A stretch of 64,000 nt of DNA from an uncultured delta proteobacterium (GTDB taxonomy: Bacteria; Desulfobacterota; Desulfobacteria; Desulfobacterales; UBA2156), in the NCBI GenBank assembly GCA_963736855.1, contig CAVTQK010000006.1:97370-161369 (forward strand). The letters are read 5' to 3'. The first letter of the stretch is position 1. Every line of letters starts with the position of its first letter. Below, in pieces: positions 49,275-60,756 of this stretch. A model generated the notes under the pieces. The model searched no databases and was not told where the DNA came from. It was given only the letters and a program-made list of their open reading frames with translations. The position numbers and the translations under genes are program-made.

Positions 49275-49742
49275 ATGCAGTTTAAAAATGTGGGAGAGAT
49301 CATCGATTTTGCCATGGAAAAGGAAAAAGAGGCCGTGGAATTCTATCGCTTTCTGTCCAAAAAGGAATCCCTGTCCGGATCCAAGGAAATGTTTGCAGAC
49401 TTCGCCAAGGAAGAGCAGAAACACTTTGACATGCTTTCCAAAATCAAGAGCGGCCAGACGGATAAGACGGTCTCGGAGTACAGATTCAAATGGATTCCGG
49501 ACATCAAGCGAAGCGATTATGTGATAGAAACGGCCTACCAGAAAGGGATGGGATACAACGAAATCCTCATGCTGGCCATGAAACGGGAAGAAAAGGCCCT
49601 GGCACTTTATAACGACCTTTTAAAAAAGTCAGAAACCGATGCCGCTAAAAAGGTATTCAAGATCCTGTGCCAGGAAGAGGCCAAGCACAAGCTGGCGCTG
49701 GAGACCCTGTACGACGACTACATGGCCAAAATGGGGGATTGA
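49275..49742 (+). CDS. Rubrerythrin/ferritin-like diiron protein
   Basis: Two E..A..FY/LY ... EExxH halves. Confidence 0.88.
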   Translation: MQFKNVGEIIDFAMEKEKEAVEFYRFLSKKESLSGSKEMFADFAKEEQKHFDMLSKIKSGQTDKTVSEYRFKWIPDIKRSDYVIETAYQKGMGYNEILMLAMKREEKALALYNDLLKKSETDAAKKVFKILCQEEAKHKLALETLYDDYMAKMGD

Positions 49743-49915
49743 CTCCCTGTTTGATTGTTCCGTTAAAGCAACTGCATGAAAATGGGCACCTTTCAGCACC
49801 ACGGGATTTGAAATGCCCCCGTTTCATTGAGTTGATATTCCAAAACTTATATTGAACTTCGCTGCCTGATTATCATGAGGCGCACCGGGTATTTGCAGGA
49901 GGTCAGAGGCGCACC

Positions 49916-50410
49916 TCATGGATTTTCCATCCGCATCCGGATGTCTTCGATCTTTTCCTTAACGGCGATATATCCCTCCTCAATGGCCTGTTCCACGCGG
50001 TCGAACTCCAGCATCTTCATCTCGCCCAGGCGCGGCTGGATGAGCACATCCGGAGGATCCACGGCCAGGTTGATTCCGGCGATGCGCTGCTGCACGATAT
50101 TGACGGAGGCCAACACGGTTTCCACGATGTCCGGAGCTTCGCTTTCTCCTTTGAGCATTTCACCGATTTTAGCTTTGAAACCCGATTCGGCATGATCATA
50201 GTAAGCCGCTAATTTTTTTAAAAGCTCCCTTTTAAGTTCGTGGGGGATGCCGTGTTTTTTTTCTTTGACCTTTCTTTTGCGTGGAAAAAGACGGCTGGTC
50301 AAATCGACGGCAACCCCGGCCTCTTCGAGCGCTTCAATGGCCCCGATGTGAGCCCAGCCCCGGGAAGCGCCGCTGCCCAATGCCAGACCGATCTTCTTTC
50401 TCGATGCCAT
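49916..50410 (-). pseudogene. Patatin-like phospholipase (RssA-type) with in-frame internal deletion
   Basis: GLALGSGASRGWAHIG start and PPDVLIQP...EFDR...AIEEG end, but no GxSxG or DGG; 164 aa. Confidence 0.8.
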
Positions 50411-50499
50411 CTTCCCCTCCTCGTCTAGGATAACCGAGTTGTTTTTCCCCGGAAAAACGGATAGTCAACCGGAATGAACTCAAAGATCCTTCAAAAATT

Positions 50500-50652
50500 G
50501 ACGAACTCGTAAAAAGTCGAAAATCAGATGGCAAAGTAAAAAGTTCAAGTTCAAGGCGTCGCGAATCCCGTGTGATGAGGCGTACTTATCGTACGTCGAA
50601 ATCGCAACGGGATGAAGCGCAACGCAGAAATTGGACTTTTTACTTTGCCATC
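50500..50652. mobile_element. Palindromic MITE-like element family B (153 bp)
   Basis: GACGAACTCGTAAAAAGTC and inner GATGGCAAAGTAAAAAGT ... GACTTTTTACTTTGCCATC; flanks AAAATT / AAAAGT. Confidence 0.75.
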
Positions 50653-50685
50653 AAAAGTTAACATCATGACCTATCGGATGCAATA

Positions 50686-51570
50686 ATGGAACAGAAAGAG
50701 ACGCTCAAGGCCTACGGGGCATGGTTATCCGTCTGTTTTTTCTGGGGAACCACCTATCTGGCCATCCGCATCGGCGTTGAAAGTCTGCCGCCCGCCCTTT
50801 TTGCCGGAATCCGGTGGCTGACCGCCGGATTGCTTTTTCTGCTGATTCTCAGGATCCGTGGAGTCCCTTTCCCCGAACGGCGGGAGTATCTGAATTTAGC
50901 CGTCGTCGCCGTCATGCTTCTGGTTATAGCCAACGGCTGCGTGGTCTGGGCCGAGCAATGGGTCCCCAGCGGTCTGACGGCCCTGATCGTGGCGACATTG
51001 CCGTTCTGGATGGCGGGCATCGAGGCGCAGCTGCCGACCGGCAACCCTCTGGATACCCGCAAAGTTATCGGTATCGTTATCGGATTTTCAGGACTTGTCC
51101 TGTTGTTCTACCCGGACCTGAATGCCTCTTTTGACCGGACCTATCTGTGGGGGATCTTCGTTCTGTTTTTTGCACCGTTTTCCTGGGCAATCGGATCCCT
51201 GTATTCCAAATATAGACCCGTCAATAGCCAACCCCTGATGGCAGCCGCCGCACAGATGGTGATTGCCGGAATCGTTCTGATCGGAATCGGCATCGTTGCG
51301 CAGGAGACCAGAAGTTTTCATTTCAGCATGGCCGGTTTCGGGGCGATGGCGTATCTGATCGTGTTCGGCTCCATTGTCGGGTACGGGTCTTATATTTATT
51401 CTCTGACCAAGCTTCCGGCCGCCAAGGTTTCCCTGTTCGCATATATCAATCCCGTCATCGCGGTATTTTTAGGATGGCTGATTCTGGACGAACGATTAGA
51501 TGGGTATGTTTTCGCAGCTACGGCCCTCATCCTTTCCGGAGTACTGATGGTCAAATCTTCCAGAAACTGA
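50686..51570 (+). CDS. EamA/DMT family transporter
   Basis: WGTTYLAIR, ~10 TM segments, AYINPVIAV. Confidence 0.9.
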   Translation: MEQKETLKAYGAWLSVCFFWGTTYLAIRIGVESLPPALFAGIRWLTAGLLFLLILRIRGVPFPERREYLNLAVVAVMLLVIANGCVVWAEQWVPSGLTALIVATLPFWMAGIEAQLPTGNPLDTRKVIGIVIGFSGLVLLFYPDLNASFDRTYLWGIFVLFFAPFSWAIGSLYSKYRPVNSQPLMAAAAQMVIAGIVLIGIGIVAQETRSFHFSMAGFGAMAYLIVFGSIVGYGSYIYSLTKLPAAKVSLFAYINPVIAVFLGWLILDERLDGYVFAATALILSGVLMVKSSRN

Positions 51571-51611
51571 TGCACCGGTAAGGAGCATTTTTTCATTTCG
51601 ACCGGATCGGG

Positions 51612-52028
51612 CTACTCACCGATGATTTTAATCAGGACCCGCTTTTTTCTGCGGCCGTCAAACTCACCGTAAAATATCTGTTCCCATGGACCGAAATCGA
51701 GGTTCCCGTCGGTAACGGCCACCACCACCTCACGGCCCATGATCTGGCGCTTCATGTGGGCGTCGGCGTTCTCCTCTCCGACATTGTGCCGGTACTGGGA
51801 AATCGGTTCGTGGGGAGCAAGTTTTTCCAGCCAGACTTCGTAATCGTGGTGAAGTCCGGATTCGTCGTCGTTGATGAAGACCGAGGCCGTAATGTGCATG
51901 GCGTTTACGAGGACCAGGCCTTCCTGAATCCCGCTTTCCTTTATGCATTTTTCCACTTCTGATGTGATGTTGACAAAGCCCCGGCGGGTAAGCACCTGGA
52001 ACCACAATTCTTTCCGATAAGACTTCAT
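51612..52028 (-). CDS. yjbQ: YjbQ/UPF0047 protein
   Basis: [25 protein letters not shown]. Confidence 0.9.
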   Translation of the reverse strand: MKSYRKELWFQVLTRRGFVNITSEVEKCIKESGIQEGLVLVNAMHITASVFINDDESGLHHDYEVWLEKLAPHEPISQYRHNVGEENADAHMKRQIMGREVVVAVTDGNLDFGPWEQIFYGEFDGRRKKRVLIKIIGE

Positions 52029-53368
52029 GTCATTTCCTTGAGCAGTTGGTTGGCGGCGGTGAGCATGGGATCCCAGACCGGACTGAAAGGGGGTGCATAC
52101 GCCAGATCAGATTGGTAAAACTCGGCCACGGTCATTCGGGCATGCAGGGCCACGGCCGGGGCATCAATCCGGTGGGCGGCTCCTTCTTTTCCAACCATCT
52201 GGACGCCCAGCAGGCGGCCGGAAGCCTTGTCACCCACCATGTGGACCCAGAGGGTGGATGCCCCGGGATGGGCATGGGCCCGCGAGCGTGACTGAATGGT
52301 GGTCATCACCGGTTGAAAACCGGCAGCTTCGGCTTCCTTCCCGCTCAGGCCGGTTCGGGCTACTTCCAGGTCAAACACCTTGAAGATGGCGGTTCCGGCG
52401 ATACCCGGCAGGGCGGTCTCCTTACCGCACACCGTGTCTGCCACAGCCCACCCGGCCCGATTCGCCCTCAGAGCCAAAGGAATATAGGCCCTTTTCCCGG
52501 TTACGATGTGGAATGCATCGGCGCAATCGCCGGCGGCGAAGATGTCCGGATTCGAGGTCTTCAGATACTTGTCTACGGCGATGGCACCCTGGGGCCCCAA
52601 TTCAAGCCCGGCTTCTGCCGCCATTTGGCTGTTGGGTGATACCCCGACGGCAATCAAAACCATGTCCGCGATCAGGACCCCGTCAGAGGCAACAAGCCGA
52701 AGTCCTTTCTCAGCGGTTTCAATGCGTTCCACCCTCTTACCTAGATGCAACCGGACGCCGCGGTTTTCCACCTCCTCCCGGACGACGCCAACCAAATCCG
52801 GCGGCATCCAGGGCAAGAAAACCGGCCGGGGCTTGATCATCTCGACGCCGATTTCCCGGGTATGCAGTGCCTCCGCCATCTCCAGGGCAATATACCCCAT
52901 ACCGATGATGGCGGCTTTTTTTACACAGGTGCCGGCGATCCAATCCTTGAGTTTCCGGCCATCTTCGAGGCTTTTGAGAACCAGGACTCCCGGCAGGTCT
53001 TTTCCCGGGATATCCGGAACTATGGCGGATGCGCCTGTGGCGATCAGCAGCTTGTCATAGGCTTTTTGAAACCGATTCCCATCCATATCCGTACCAAAGA
53101 CCTGCCGATTAACCGGATCGATCCGTTCCACAAAATGCCCGGTATGCAAGTCGATCCCCTGCTTTTTCCGGAAAACATCGGCGCGGCGAACCACTAGATC
53201 GTCCATCGACCGGTTCGGATCGGCGATATTATACGGCATGCCGCAGGCGCTGTAGGAAACATCCCGGGTTTTTTCGAAAACAGTGACGGAAAGCTCGGGT
53301 TGGTTGCGTTTGGCGCGACTGGCAGCACTCATGCCGGCTGCATCCCCTCCGATGATGACAAATTCCAT
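52025..53368 (-). CDS. CoA-disulfide reductase / NADH oxidase family flavoprotein
   Basis: [34 protein letters not shown]. Confidence 0.9.
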   Translation of the reverse strand: MEFVIIGGDAAGMSAASRAKRNQPELSVTVFEKTRDVSYSACGMPYNIADPNRSMDDLVVRRADVFRKKQGIDLHTGHFVERIDPVNRQVFGTDMDGNRFQKAYDKLLIATGASAIVPDIPGKDLPGVLVLKSLEDGRKLKDWIAGTCVKKAAIIGMGYIALEMAEALHTREIGVEMIKPRPVFLPWMPPDLVGVVREEVENRGVRLHLGKRVERIETAEKGLRLVASDGVLIADMVLIAVGVSPNSQMAAEAGLELGPQGAIAVDKYLKTSNPDIFAAGDCADAFHIVTGKRAYIPLALRANRAGWAVADTVCGKETALPGIAGTAIFKVFDLEVARTGLSGKEAEAAGFQPVMTTIQSRSRAHAHPGASTLWVHMVGDKASGRLLGVQMVGKEGAAHRIDAPAVALHARMTVAEFYQSDLAYAPPFSPVWDPMLTAANQLLKEMT

Positions 53369-53533
53369 GGGTACTTCTCCTTAAAAGTAGTAACATTTAG
53401 ACAAGCTGGATCGATGCATCTGAAAATCATTGCAGATATAAGCCCGAATGTCAAAAACTTGAAAATCTTCCAATCCATACACCTAAACATCCACCATCTT
53501 GATATTCATCCACTTCCTGTATACAAATTTATT

Positions 53534-56500
53534 ATGGTCCAATCCCTTTCCGATCGCATTAACCTCATTCGCCGACGCCTTCGCTTGACCATGTCGGCCG
53601 ACCGACCCGATTTTTTGGGCAAAATCAACAGGGTGAAAAATGCCCTGCTGCACCATCCGGATCCAGAGGTTTTGGAAAAAGAATTATCCGCCATCGAACG
53701 CCGCCTTGAAGGCTCTATCAAGCAGCAGCTTTATCGGAAAACCCATCGGCCCTCGCTTAGATACCCTGTGGATCTTCCCATCCTGGCGCACCGGGAAGAG
53801 ATTATCCAGGCCATTCAAAAGAATCCCGTGGTGATCGTGTCGGGAGAGACGGGCTCCGGCAAGACCACCCAGATCCCCAAATTCTGTCTGGAAGCCGGGA
53901 GAGGGCTCTCCGGCGTCATCGGCTGCACCCAGCCCAGGAGGATCGCCGCCATCACGGTTTCCCAGCGCATCGCCGAAGAGATGGGTGAACCCATGGGCCG
54001 ATCCGTGGGGTACAAGATCCGGTTCCAGGAACAAACCGGAAAAGACCTTTTCATTAAAATCATGACCGATGGGATCCTCCTGGCCGAAACGGCCCGGGAC
54101 CGGCGGCTTTTGACTTACGACACCCTCATCATCGACGAGGCCCATGAACGCAGCCTCAATATCGATTTCATTCTCGGATACCTGAGAAGCCTTCTCCCAA
54201 GGCGACAAGATCTCAGGCTCATAATCACGTCGGCAACCATCGATACGGAAAAATTCTCCAAAGCCTTTGATGACGCCCCGGTGGTGGAGGTTTCCGGCCG
54301 CACCTATCCGGTCGAAGTCCGCTATGCCGTGGATGAAGAAGAGGATAACGAGGATACACCTTATACTGAAATAGCCTCAGAAGCGGTAAAGAACCTAGTT
54401 CGACAAGGTGCTTTCGGAGACATCCTTGTTTTCATGCCCACTGAACGCGATATCCGGGAGACCTGCGAAATCCTTACAGGGATGCGCCTAAAAAAGACCA
54501 CGGTGATGCCTCTTTTTGCCCGCCTTTCTGCCGGCGATCAAAAAAAGGTATTTGCGGCAATATCCGGAAGGAAGATCGTCGTGGCCACCAACGTGGCGGA
54601 AACTTCCATCACCATCCCCGGCATCCGTTACGTGATCGACACGGGTTTGGCCCGCATCTCCCGGTTTTCACCGTCTTCCCGCACCAACGCTCTCCCGATC
54701 CTTCCCGTCTCCAGAAGCAGCGCCGATCAGCGGAAAGGGCGATGCGGACGGATGGAAGAAGGAGTTTGTATCCGCCTCTTTACAGAAACCGATTATCTAT
54801 CCCGGCCTCTTTACACGCCCCCGGAGATCCTTCGTTCGAACCTGGCTGAGGTGATCCTGAAGATGATAGCCTTCGATATGGGGGATCCGTCGGATTTCCC
54901 GTTCATCGACAAACCTTCCCCCAAATGGATCGCCAGCGGATATGACATTTTAACGGAGCTCGGAGCCATTGAAAAAAACCCTTCCGGCAAAACGGTTTTA
55001 ACCGAAACCGGCCGCAAGATGGCCAGAATGCCCCTGGATCCGAGGATCTCCAGAATGCTGCTGGAGGCAAAGAAAGAAAAATGTCTGGAAACCGTGGCCG
55101 TCATCGCGGCTTCCCTGAGCATTCCGGACCCCAGGGAAACCCCTCTAGGCAAGAAACAGGAGGCCCGGGAAGCGCACAGCGAATTTGTCCATCCGGACTC
55201 CGACTTCTTGACCTTGCTCATCCTTTGGAATCGCTTTCAGGAAAATGTTGGAAAAATCGGGAGCACTTCAACGATGAGCCGGTTCTGCCGAAAGCATTTT
55301 CTGTCTTTCAGACGGATGCGGGATTGGCAGGATATTCACTCCCAGATACTGGACATCCTCGATGAAACCGGTCTTCTCAAAACTGTAAAAGCGGCCCCCA
55401 TCACCACGGACGGAGCCCTCCAAATGGATAGCGAAGCTTACAGCAGGATCCACCGATCCATTTTAAGCGGCTTTATTTCCAACATCGCTTTTCGAAAAGA
55501 AAAAAACATCTTCGTCGCCGCCAAGGGAAAGGAAGTAATGCTCTTCCCGGGATCCGGGCTTTTCAATCGGGGCGGGGAATGGATCGTTGCAGCAGAAATC
55601 GTCGAAACGTCCAGGGTTTTTGCCCGCACGGCAGCCAACATCGAAAGCACCTGGCTGGAGCCCGTCGGCAAGACTCAGTGCCGTTACACATATGACGAGC
55701 CGTTCTGGTCGAAAGGCAAGGAAGCGGTGATGGCCATGGAAAGGGTGCATCTATACGGGCTACTGATCGAGCCCGGCCGTCCGGTTCCCTACAGCCCCAT
55801 CGACCCGGAAAAAGCCGGCGCCGTTTTCATCCGGGATGCCATTATGGCCGGAAATATGAAATATACCCTCCCGTTTCTGATGCACAATCGGGAGCGGATC
55901 CAACACGTGGAGAACCTGGAACACAAGCTTCGACGGCGCGATATCAAAGTCTCAGACTCAGAGATCTTCTCATTTTATTCAGAGCGCCTGAAGAGGGTGT
56001 TTGATCCGAAATCCCTGAAAAAACTGATCCTCGAAATAGAGTCGGATTCTTTTTTGCGCATGACCATCGAGGATCTGGTCAACTATGTCCCGAGTGCGGA
56101 AAGGCTTTCCGAATTTCCCGACACCCTCTTCCTGGATGAAAGATCCTTCCCCTTGACTTATCGCTTCAACCCGGGAGAAGACGATGACGGGATAACGCTC
56201 CATGTCCCCTATTCCTTCGCCCCGGTTATCCCCGAAGAGAAACTGGAATGGCTGGTTCCAGGTTTGCTCCCTGAAAAAATCGAATGCCTGGTCAAAGGGC
56301 TTCCCAAAGAATACCGAAAATCACTTCCGCCCCTGTCCTCTTTCCTGGATATCCTGCCGCAAGAAATACCCCTTTTGGATTCATCGCTGACGCGCGCCTT
56401 GAGTCGCTTCATCCAGGAGCGCTTCGGTGTTTCCGTTCCGGAAGACGCCTGGCCCCTGAAAACCCTTCCCGAGCATCTGCGCATGCGGATCGCTTTTGAA

Positions 56501-57512
56501 ACACCGGACGGCAGGTGCATCCATTCCGGGAGGGCGCCGGAAGCCCTCAGATTCGATCCGGAAACCCGGAAGGCATTCAGGCTCCCTGAAGATGTGAGGG
56601 AAGCGAAAATGAAACGGGAGAAAAATGGGATTTACCGACTGGATCTTTGGGGATCTTCCGGAAACGGTTACTTTCAAAAGCCGGGATCAGGGGGAGTGGC
56701 TCTTCTTTCCGGCGCTTGAAAAGGATCCAAGACAGGCCGGAGTCCGATTGCGACTCTTTTCCTTTTTAGATGAAGCAAAGGCATCACATCCGAAAGGTGT
56801 CGCAGCCCTTTTTGAGGTGCGGCTCTCCAAACACTTGAAGGAATTGGGCCGATCCATCGCCTCGTCAAAATTGCCGGGTTATGGTGCTGAACGCTTCGAC
56901 AGAAAAAATCGAATTAGCGATCAGGTCCTCCGGCGCGTTTCATCCGATCTTTTCCGACAATCCATTCGAACCCGAATGGACTTTGAAATCTCATCCGAAA
57001 CGATTTCCACTTTGATCCACTCCAGAGGCCTTGAAATCTTTAAAAAAGCCGTGGGAGTACTTGAAGCCCTAGACGCGGCCTGGAAAAACCTGCACACTCT
57101 GGAACGCGCTCATCATGCAAACGCGGGCATCCTGGCGTTTCTTCAAGCCCTTCGAGCAGATCTGGATACACTGGTACCGGAAACCTTTATTCGGCTTTAT
57201 GACGACCAGCGGCTCTTGCATCTGCCGCGCTACATTCAGACCGTAACGGTTCGCGCAAAAAAGGGGGTTCTCGATTTGAAAAAAGATCAGGAGCGCTCGA
57301 AACAGGTATCATATTTTTCGGCAGAGCTGAATAAGATGCTCAAAAGTCTGGCACCTTCTACTTCCGATGAGAAACGAAAGGCCACAGAAGAATTCTTCTG
57401 GCTCATCGAAGAGTTCAAAGTCTCCCTGTTCGCCCAGGAGCTGAAAACCCCCTTCCCCATTTCGGTTAAAAAGCTTCAATCCCGCATAGAAGCGATTCGG
57501 AAAATACCCTGA
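53534..57512 (+). CDS. hrpA: ATP-dependent RNA helicase HrpA; one +1 frameshift near 56621-56633
   Basis: GETGSGKTTQ, DEAH, SAT, QRKGRCGR; C-terminal EEFKVSLFAQEL in ORF 56625-57512. Confidence 0.92.
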
Positions 57513-57639
57513 ATATTTTGAAACCAATTCATAGGATGAATGCACAGAGAATCACCAAGGCCTTCGAATGCGTTTACGATGAGCAATCCTGACGGAAACC
57601 AAAGGTGGGAACTCGGCGGGCTTTTTAAGAACAAAAAAT

Positions 57640-57668
57640 GAAGAGGGGGGCATTTCGCCCCCCTCTTC
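57640..57668. terminator. Hairpin between convergent genes
   Basis: GAAGAGGGGG-loop-CCCCCTCTTC. Confidence 0.65.
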
Positions 57669-57693
57669 TCACTTGATCAGGCAAGAACAACCG

Positions 57694-58128
57694 TTATTTA
57701 ACTTCCTTCATTTTTTCCACGGTCAGAACCTTCTTGTCCTGCACCGTAGCGATAGTGCCGGTTGCCTCTACCTTCTTTCCTAACATGGCGGCAATTTTCT
57801 CGCCCTTCATTCCACAGGTCTCGGTCTCGGTCTTGAGGGCGTAGCCGGTGACCTTGCCCTTATCATCCTTGACCTCTTTCACCACACCGGTCAGCGTGAC
57901 GGGCTCAACCTTCTTCGCTGTGACCTCAGCGGCCTTTGCAGGCGCGGCGGTCGCAGCAGGCGCGGCGGGAGCAGCAGGCGCGGCGGGCGCAACGGTCGCA
58001 GCAGGCGCTGCAGGAGCGGCTGGCGCGGCAGGCGCGGCGGGAGTGGCAGGCTTAGCCTGCTGAGCAGCAACAAGCACAGGCGCTACCAAAAATGCAGCGA
58101 TCACCAACATCGAGATAACTCTTTTCAT
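57694..58128 (-). CDS. Secreted hypothetical protein with Pro/Ala-rich linker and small beta-rich C-terminal domain
   Basis: Signal peptide, (PAA)n repeats at ~57935-58050, strong GGAGG RBS. Confidence 0.8.
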   Translation of the reverse strand: MKRVISMLVIAAFLVAPVLVAAQQAKPATPAAPAAPAAPAAPAATVAPAAPAAPAAPAATAAPAKAAEVTAKKVEPVTLTGVVKEVKDDKGKVTGYALKTETETCGMKGEKIAAMLGKKVEATGTIATVQDKKVLTVEKMKEVK

Positions 58129-58485
58129 TTCTTCCTTCCTCCTTCTGAGTCTTCTTGCCTTAACGGCGGTTACTAAAATAATACCCTGCTCTCCTTGGCA
58201 CTTGCCTGTACTTTGAGAGCACTCTTCCCGGGGCAGATACCTGCCCCGGATCTTTATCCTTTGTCCCCTATAAAATCATGATGACGATATCTGCCGAATC
58301 CCCTTTCCACAGTCTTACTGATGGTCTATTTCCATAACCGTTCCTTCGAGCGGGCTGCTATGTATCAAGTCTGAAGAGCTTTAGCAAGAAAATATTTCCT
58401 TAAAAACATTATAAAATTAATTCAATAGCTTATAATATAATTTCTTAAAAAATATGAGATTGAAAATTTCATCAACATGCCGATA

Positions 58486-58635
58486 AAATTCCGGTTGACA
58501 GCACATTCACCTTCGGATAGTTGAAAATTCATGAGCCTTATCAACTGCAGATTCCCATATCTTGGGGCGCAGATGATGGAAAAACACAATTCAGTCCCGC
58601 ACTTAATCCGCCAACAAAAAAACGACTTCTATCAG
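58486..58635 (+). promoter_or_regulatory. Conserved promoter/leader element, copy 2 (function unknown)
   Basis: Ungapped match to 39956-40105. Confidence 0.65.
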
Positions 58636-58636
58636 T

Positions 58637-58880
58637 CCCCTTAACCCGTAACCATGCCGTTGCAATGATCCGGCAAAGCAGAGGACATAAACTCAATTCG
58701 GGATACAGATATCAGCCGCCGGCAGATGAACAGGCTCTGGCAGACTGCATTCTGACGGTGGCCAATATGGCTGAAACCCGTCCTGAAATCGTCGAAATCG
58801 ATCTGAATCCGGTCTTTACATATCCGTATGGAATATATTGGTCGTTGATGCTATAATTATTGAAAAGGAGAAAGGTTACT
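58637..58880 (+). pseudogene. 3' remnant of ADP-forming acyl-CoA synthetase (ATP-grasp domain)
   Basis: PLTRNHAVAMI...GYR..PPADEQALAD...PEIVEIDLNPV; VVDA continues in another frame. Confidence 0.75.
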
Positions 58881-58907
58881 ATTTATTGTTTCATTAATCA
58901 CTGAAAA

Positions 58908-59858
58908 TTGGAAAATCAGACTATGCCTCTGTCTCAAAACGTTGTCCTACAACTCATGAACCGGTTCCCCATGTTGCAATACTTCACCGGTCGTCCATTT
59001 GGTATAGAGATTGAATTTTTCGGACTGGACTATGTTCTTGCCCCGATTGACAACAATATCATCAAACCCTACTGTATTTCATCTCGGGCCAAAGACGGCC
59101 GAGATTTTCAGCAGCTTTATGAGGATTTCAGGATTCCCATCGGTGCTGACAGAGATTGCTGGCATTTCGAGAAAGACGGATCTGTCAGAGGCAAAGGACA
59201 TACTCAATTTGGCGCCGAGCTGATCAGTCCGATTCTACACGGCATCACGGGCCTGGTCCAGGCGTACAACGCATTCCAGTTCCTATGCAACATCCAAGGC
59301 ATCAATATTGATAACAGCTGCGGTTTCCATGTTCATCACGGTGTTGATTCAAAAGTGTTTACCTGCAAACATTTACAGGAACTTGTTCGACTGGTTTACC
59401 CGATAGAAGAGTGCTTTTACCTTCTTATCCCTGGCCACCGACAGAATGCAGAAACCTGTAAACCAATGGAAATCGATGTAACGGCCTTTTTGGACGTTTG
59501 CGATAGTGAATCAGAAGAAGGTAGTGACAAAATCAAACGACTCTGGTATTCGCCGGAAAACAAGTATGATCCACAGTCAGCCGTATCTCCGCGATACGAC
59601 AAAACCCGTTATCACGGCCTGAATCTTCACTCCTACTGGTATCGCTCCACAATTGAATTTCGCTACCACTCGGCTGTGCTGAATAACATTGATGAAGCCA
59701 TGGAATGGATTATTTTCACCCAGTTTCTTATAGAGTTAAGCCAGGGACATGCCCCTAATATCTGTTTTTACCCTGAGGCTAACAAATGGCTGAATACGAT
59801 CTATATGATCTACAAAAAGTTGGGATATGAGGACCGTATGAAGCGAGTAGAAAACTAG
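58908..59858 (+). CDS. Amidoligase (COOH-NH2 ligase, Amidoligase_2-like); start may be ATG 58923
   Basis: FGIEIEF, DGSV, ELISPIL, SCGFHVH, RYHGLN, TIEFR. Confidence 0.85.
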   Translation: MENQTMPLSQNVVLQLMNRFPMLQYFTGRPFGIEIEFFGLDYVLAPIDNNIIKPYCISSRAKDGRDFQQLYEDFRIPIGADRDCWHFEKDGSVRGKGHTQFGAELISPILHGITGLVQAYNAFQFLCNIQGINIDNSCGFHVHHGVDSKVFTCKHLQELVRLVYPIEECFYLLIPGHRQNAETCKPMEIDVTAFLDVCDSESEEGSDKIKRLWYSPENKYDPQSAVSPRYDKTRYHGLNLHSYWYRSTIEFRYHSAVLNNIDEAMEWIIFTQFLIELSQGHAPNICFYPEANKWLNTIYMIYKKLGYEDRMKRVEN

Positions 59859-59983
59859 TCCGAACACTTCATGATATCGTATTGGGGAATTGGAAAAATT
59901 ACACTAAATATAGGTATCGAAAATTTTACTGTTTATTAAAAATATAAAATGGGCCGGATCTCATCATAAAGAGGGAGGCGATC

Positions 59984-60724
59984 ATGTGTGATATTTTCGC
60001 CATATCCGCAGGCTATCAACATATACCCAAAAAGTATCTGCCCATCTTTGCGGAAAAGGGCAAAGAAAACATGAATGGCTGGGGTATCGGTTTTTTTCGT
60101 GACGATCAGGCGTTTACGGAGAAATCTGATGAACAGGTATTCAACCAGGAGCAGGTTCATGAAAGTTTCCAAAGGCTGGCAAGGGTCATCGACAGCAGAA
60201 TCATTATTTCCCATATAACTTGCCCCAAAAGCGGTGGCCGCCACATTGACCATCGCAATCCGTTCAAACTCTCCTTTCTGGATCATAATTGGCTTTTTGC
60301 CCATGTTGGATTCGTTAACCACATTGAAAAATATCAGACCACTGAAAAACCCCACCTGACAGCCGATGTCTATACCGCCAGAATTTTTGAATTTTTAAGA
60401 GATCGAATGATGTTCTTACATAATCAAAACCCTTATATCAGTCTTTATATGGCTCTGCGCATCAGTATTCAAAAACTTGTGTTCGACTATCCGGGTGAAT
60501 ACTCCTTTTTTCTGGCCAATGAATCGGTGCTTTTTTCTTTCTGTAATTACAGACAGTTCATGATTTTTAAAGAGTCTCAAAGTATGGGAGATATCCTGTT
60601 GATCACCACGATCAAAGAGGGTCTTAGCCAAAGCAAATGGCAACAGATTGTGCCGGATCCGCTATCTCTTGGAGAGCTTTTGGTCATTGCCGGCCCGGAC
60701 GTATTATATGCCGGAGATGTTTAA
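59984..60724 (+). CDS. Class II glutamine amidotransferase (YafJ/EgtC-like), divergent motifs
   Basis: MCDIFA, NGWGIG, SHITCPKSG, RNPF, FAHVG. Confidence 0.82.
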   Translation: MCDIFAISAGYQHIPKKYLPIFAEKGKENMNGWGIGFFRDDQAFTEKSDEQVFNQEQVHESFQRLARVIDSRIIISHITCPKSGGRHIDHRNPFKLSFLDHNWLFAHVGFVNHIEKYQTTEKPHLTADVYTARIFEFLRDRMMFLHNQNPYISLYMALRISIQKLVFDYPGEYSFFLANESVLFSFCNYRQFMIFKESQSMGDILLITTIKEGLSQSKWQQIVPDPLSLGELLVIAGPDVLYAGDV

Positions 60725-60756
60725 AATCAAATTGATCCTGTTACCCTGTTAAAAAA

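Noticed and set aside
57935..58050. Short GC-rich tandem repeats
   Set aside because: They encode the Pro/Ala linker; no repeat-spacer structure, so not CRISPR
58381..58402. Possible sigma54 promoter on the - strand (TTGCT)
   Set aside because: GG-to-GC spacing is 12 nt, not the required 10
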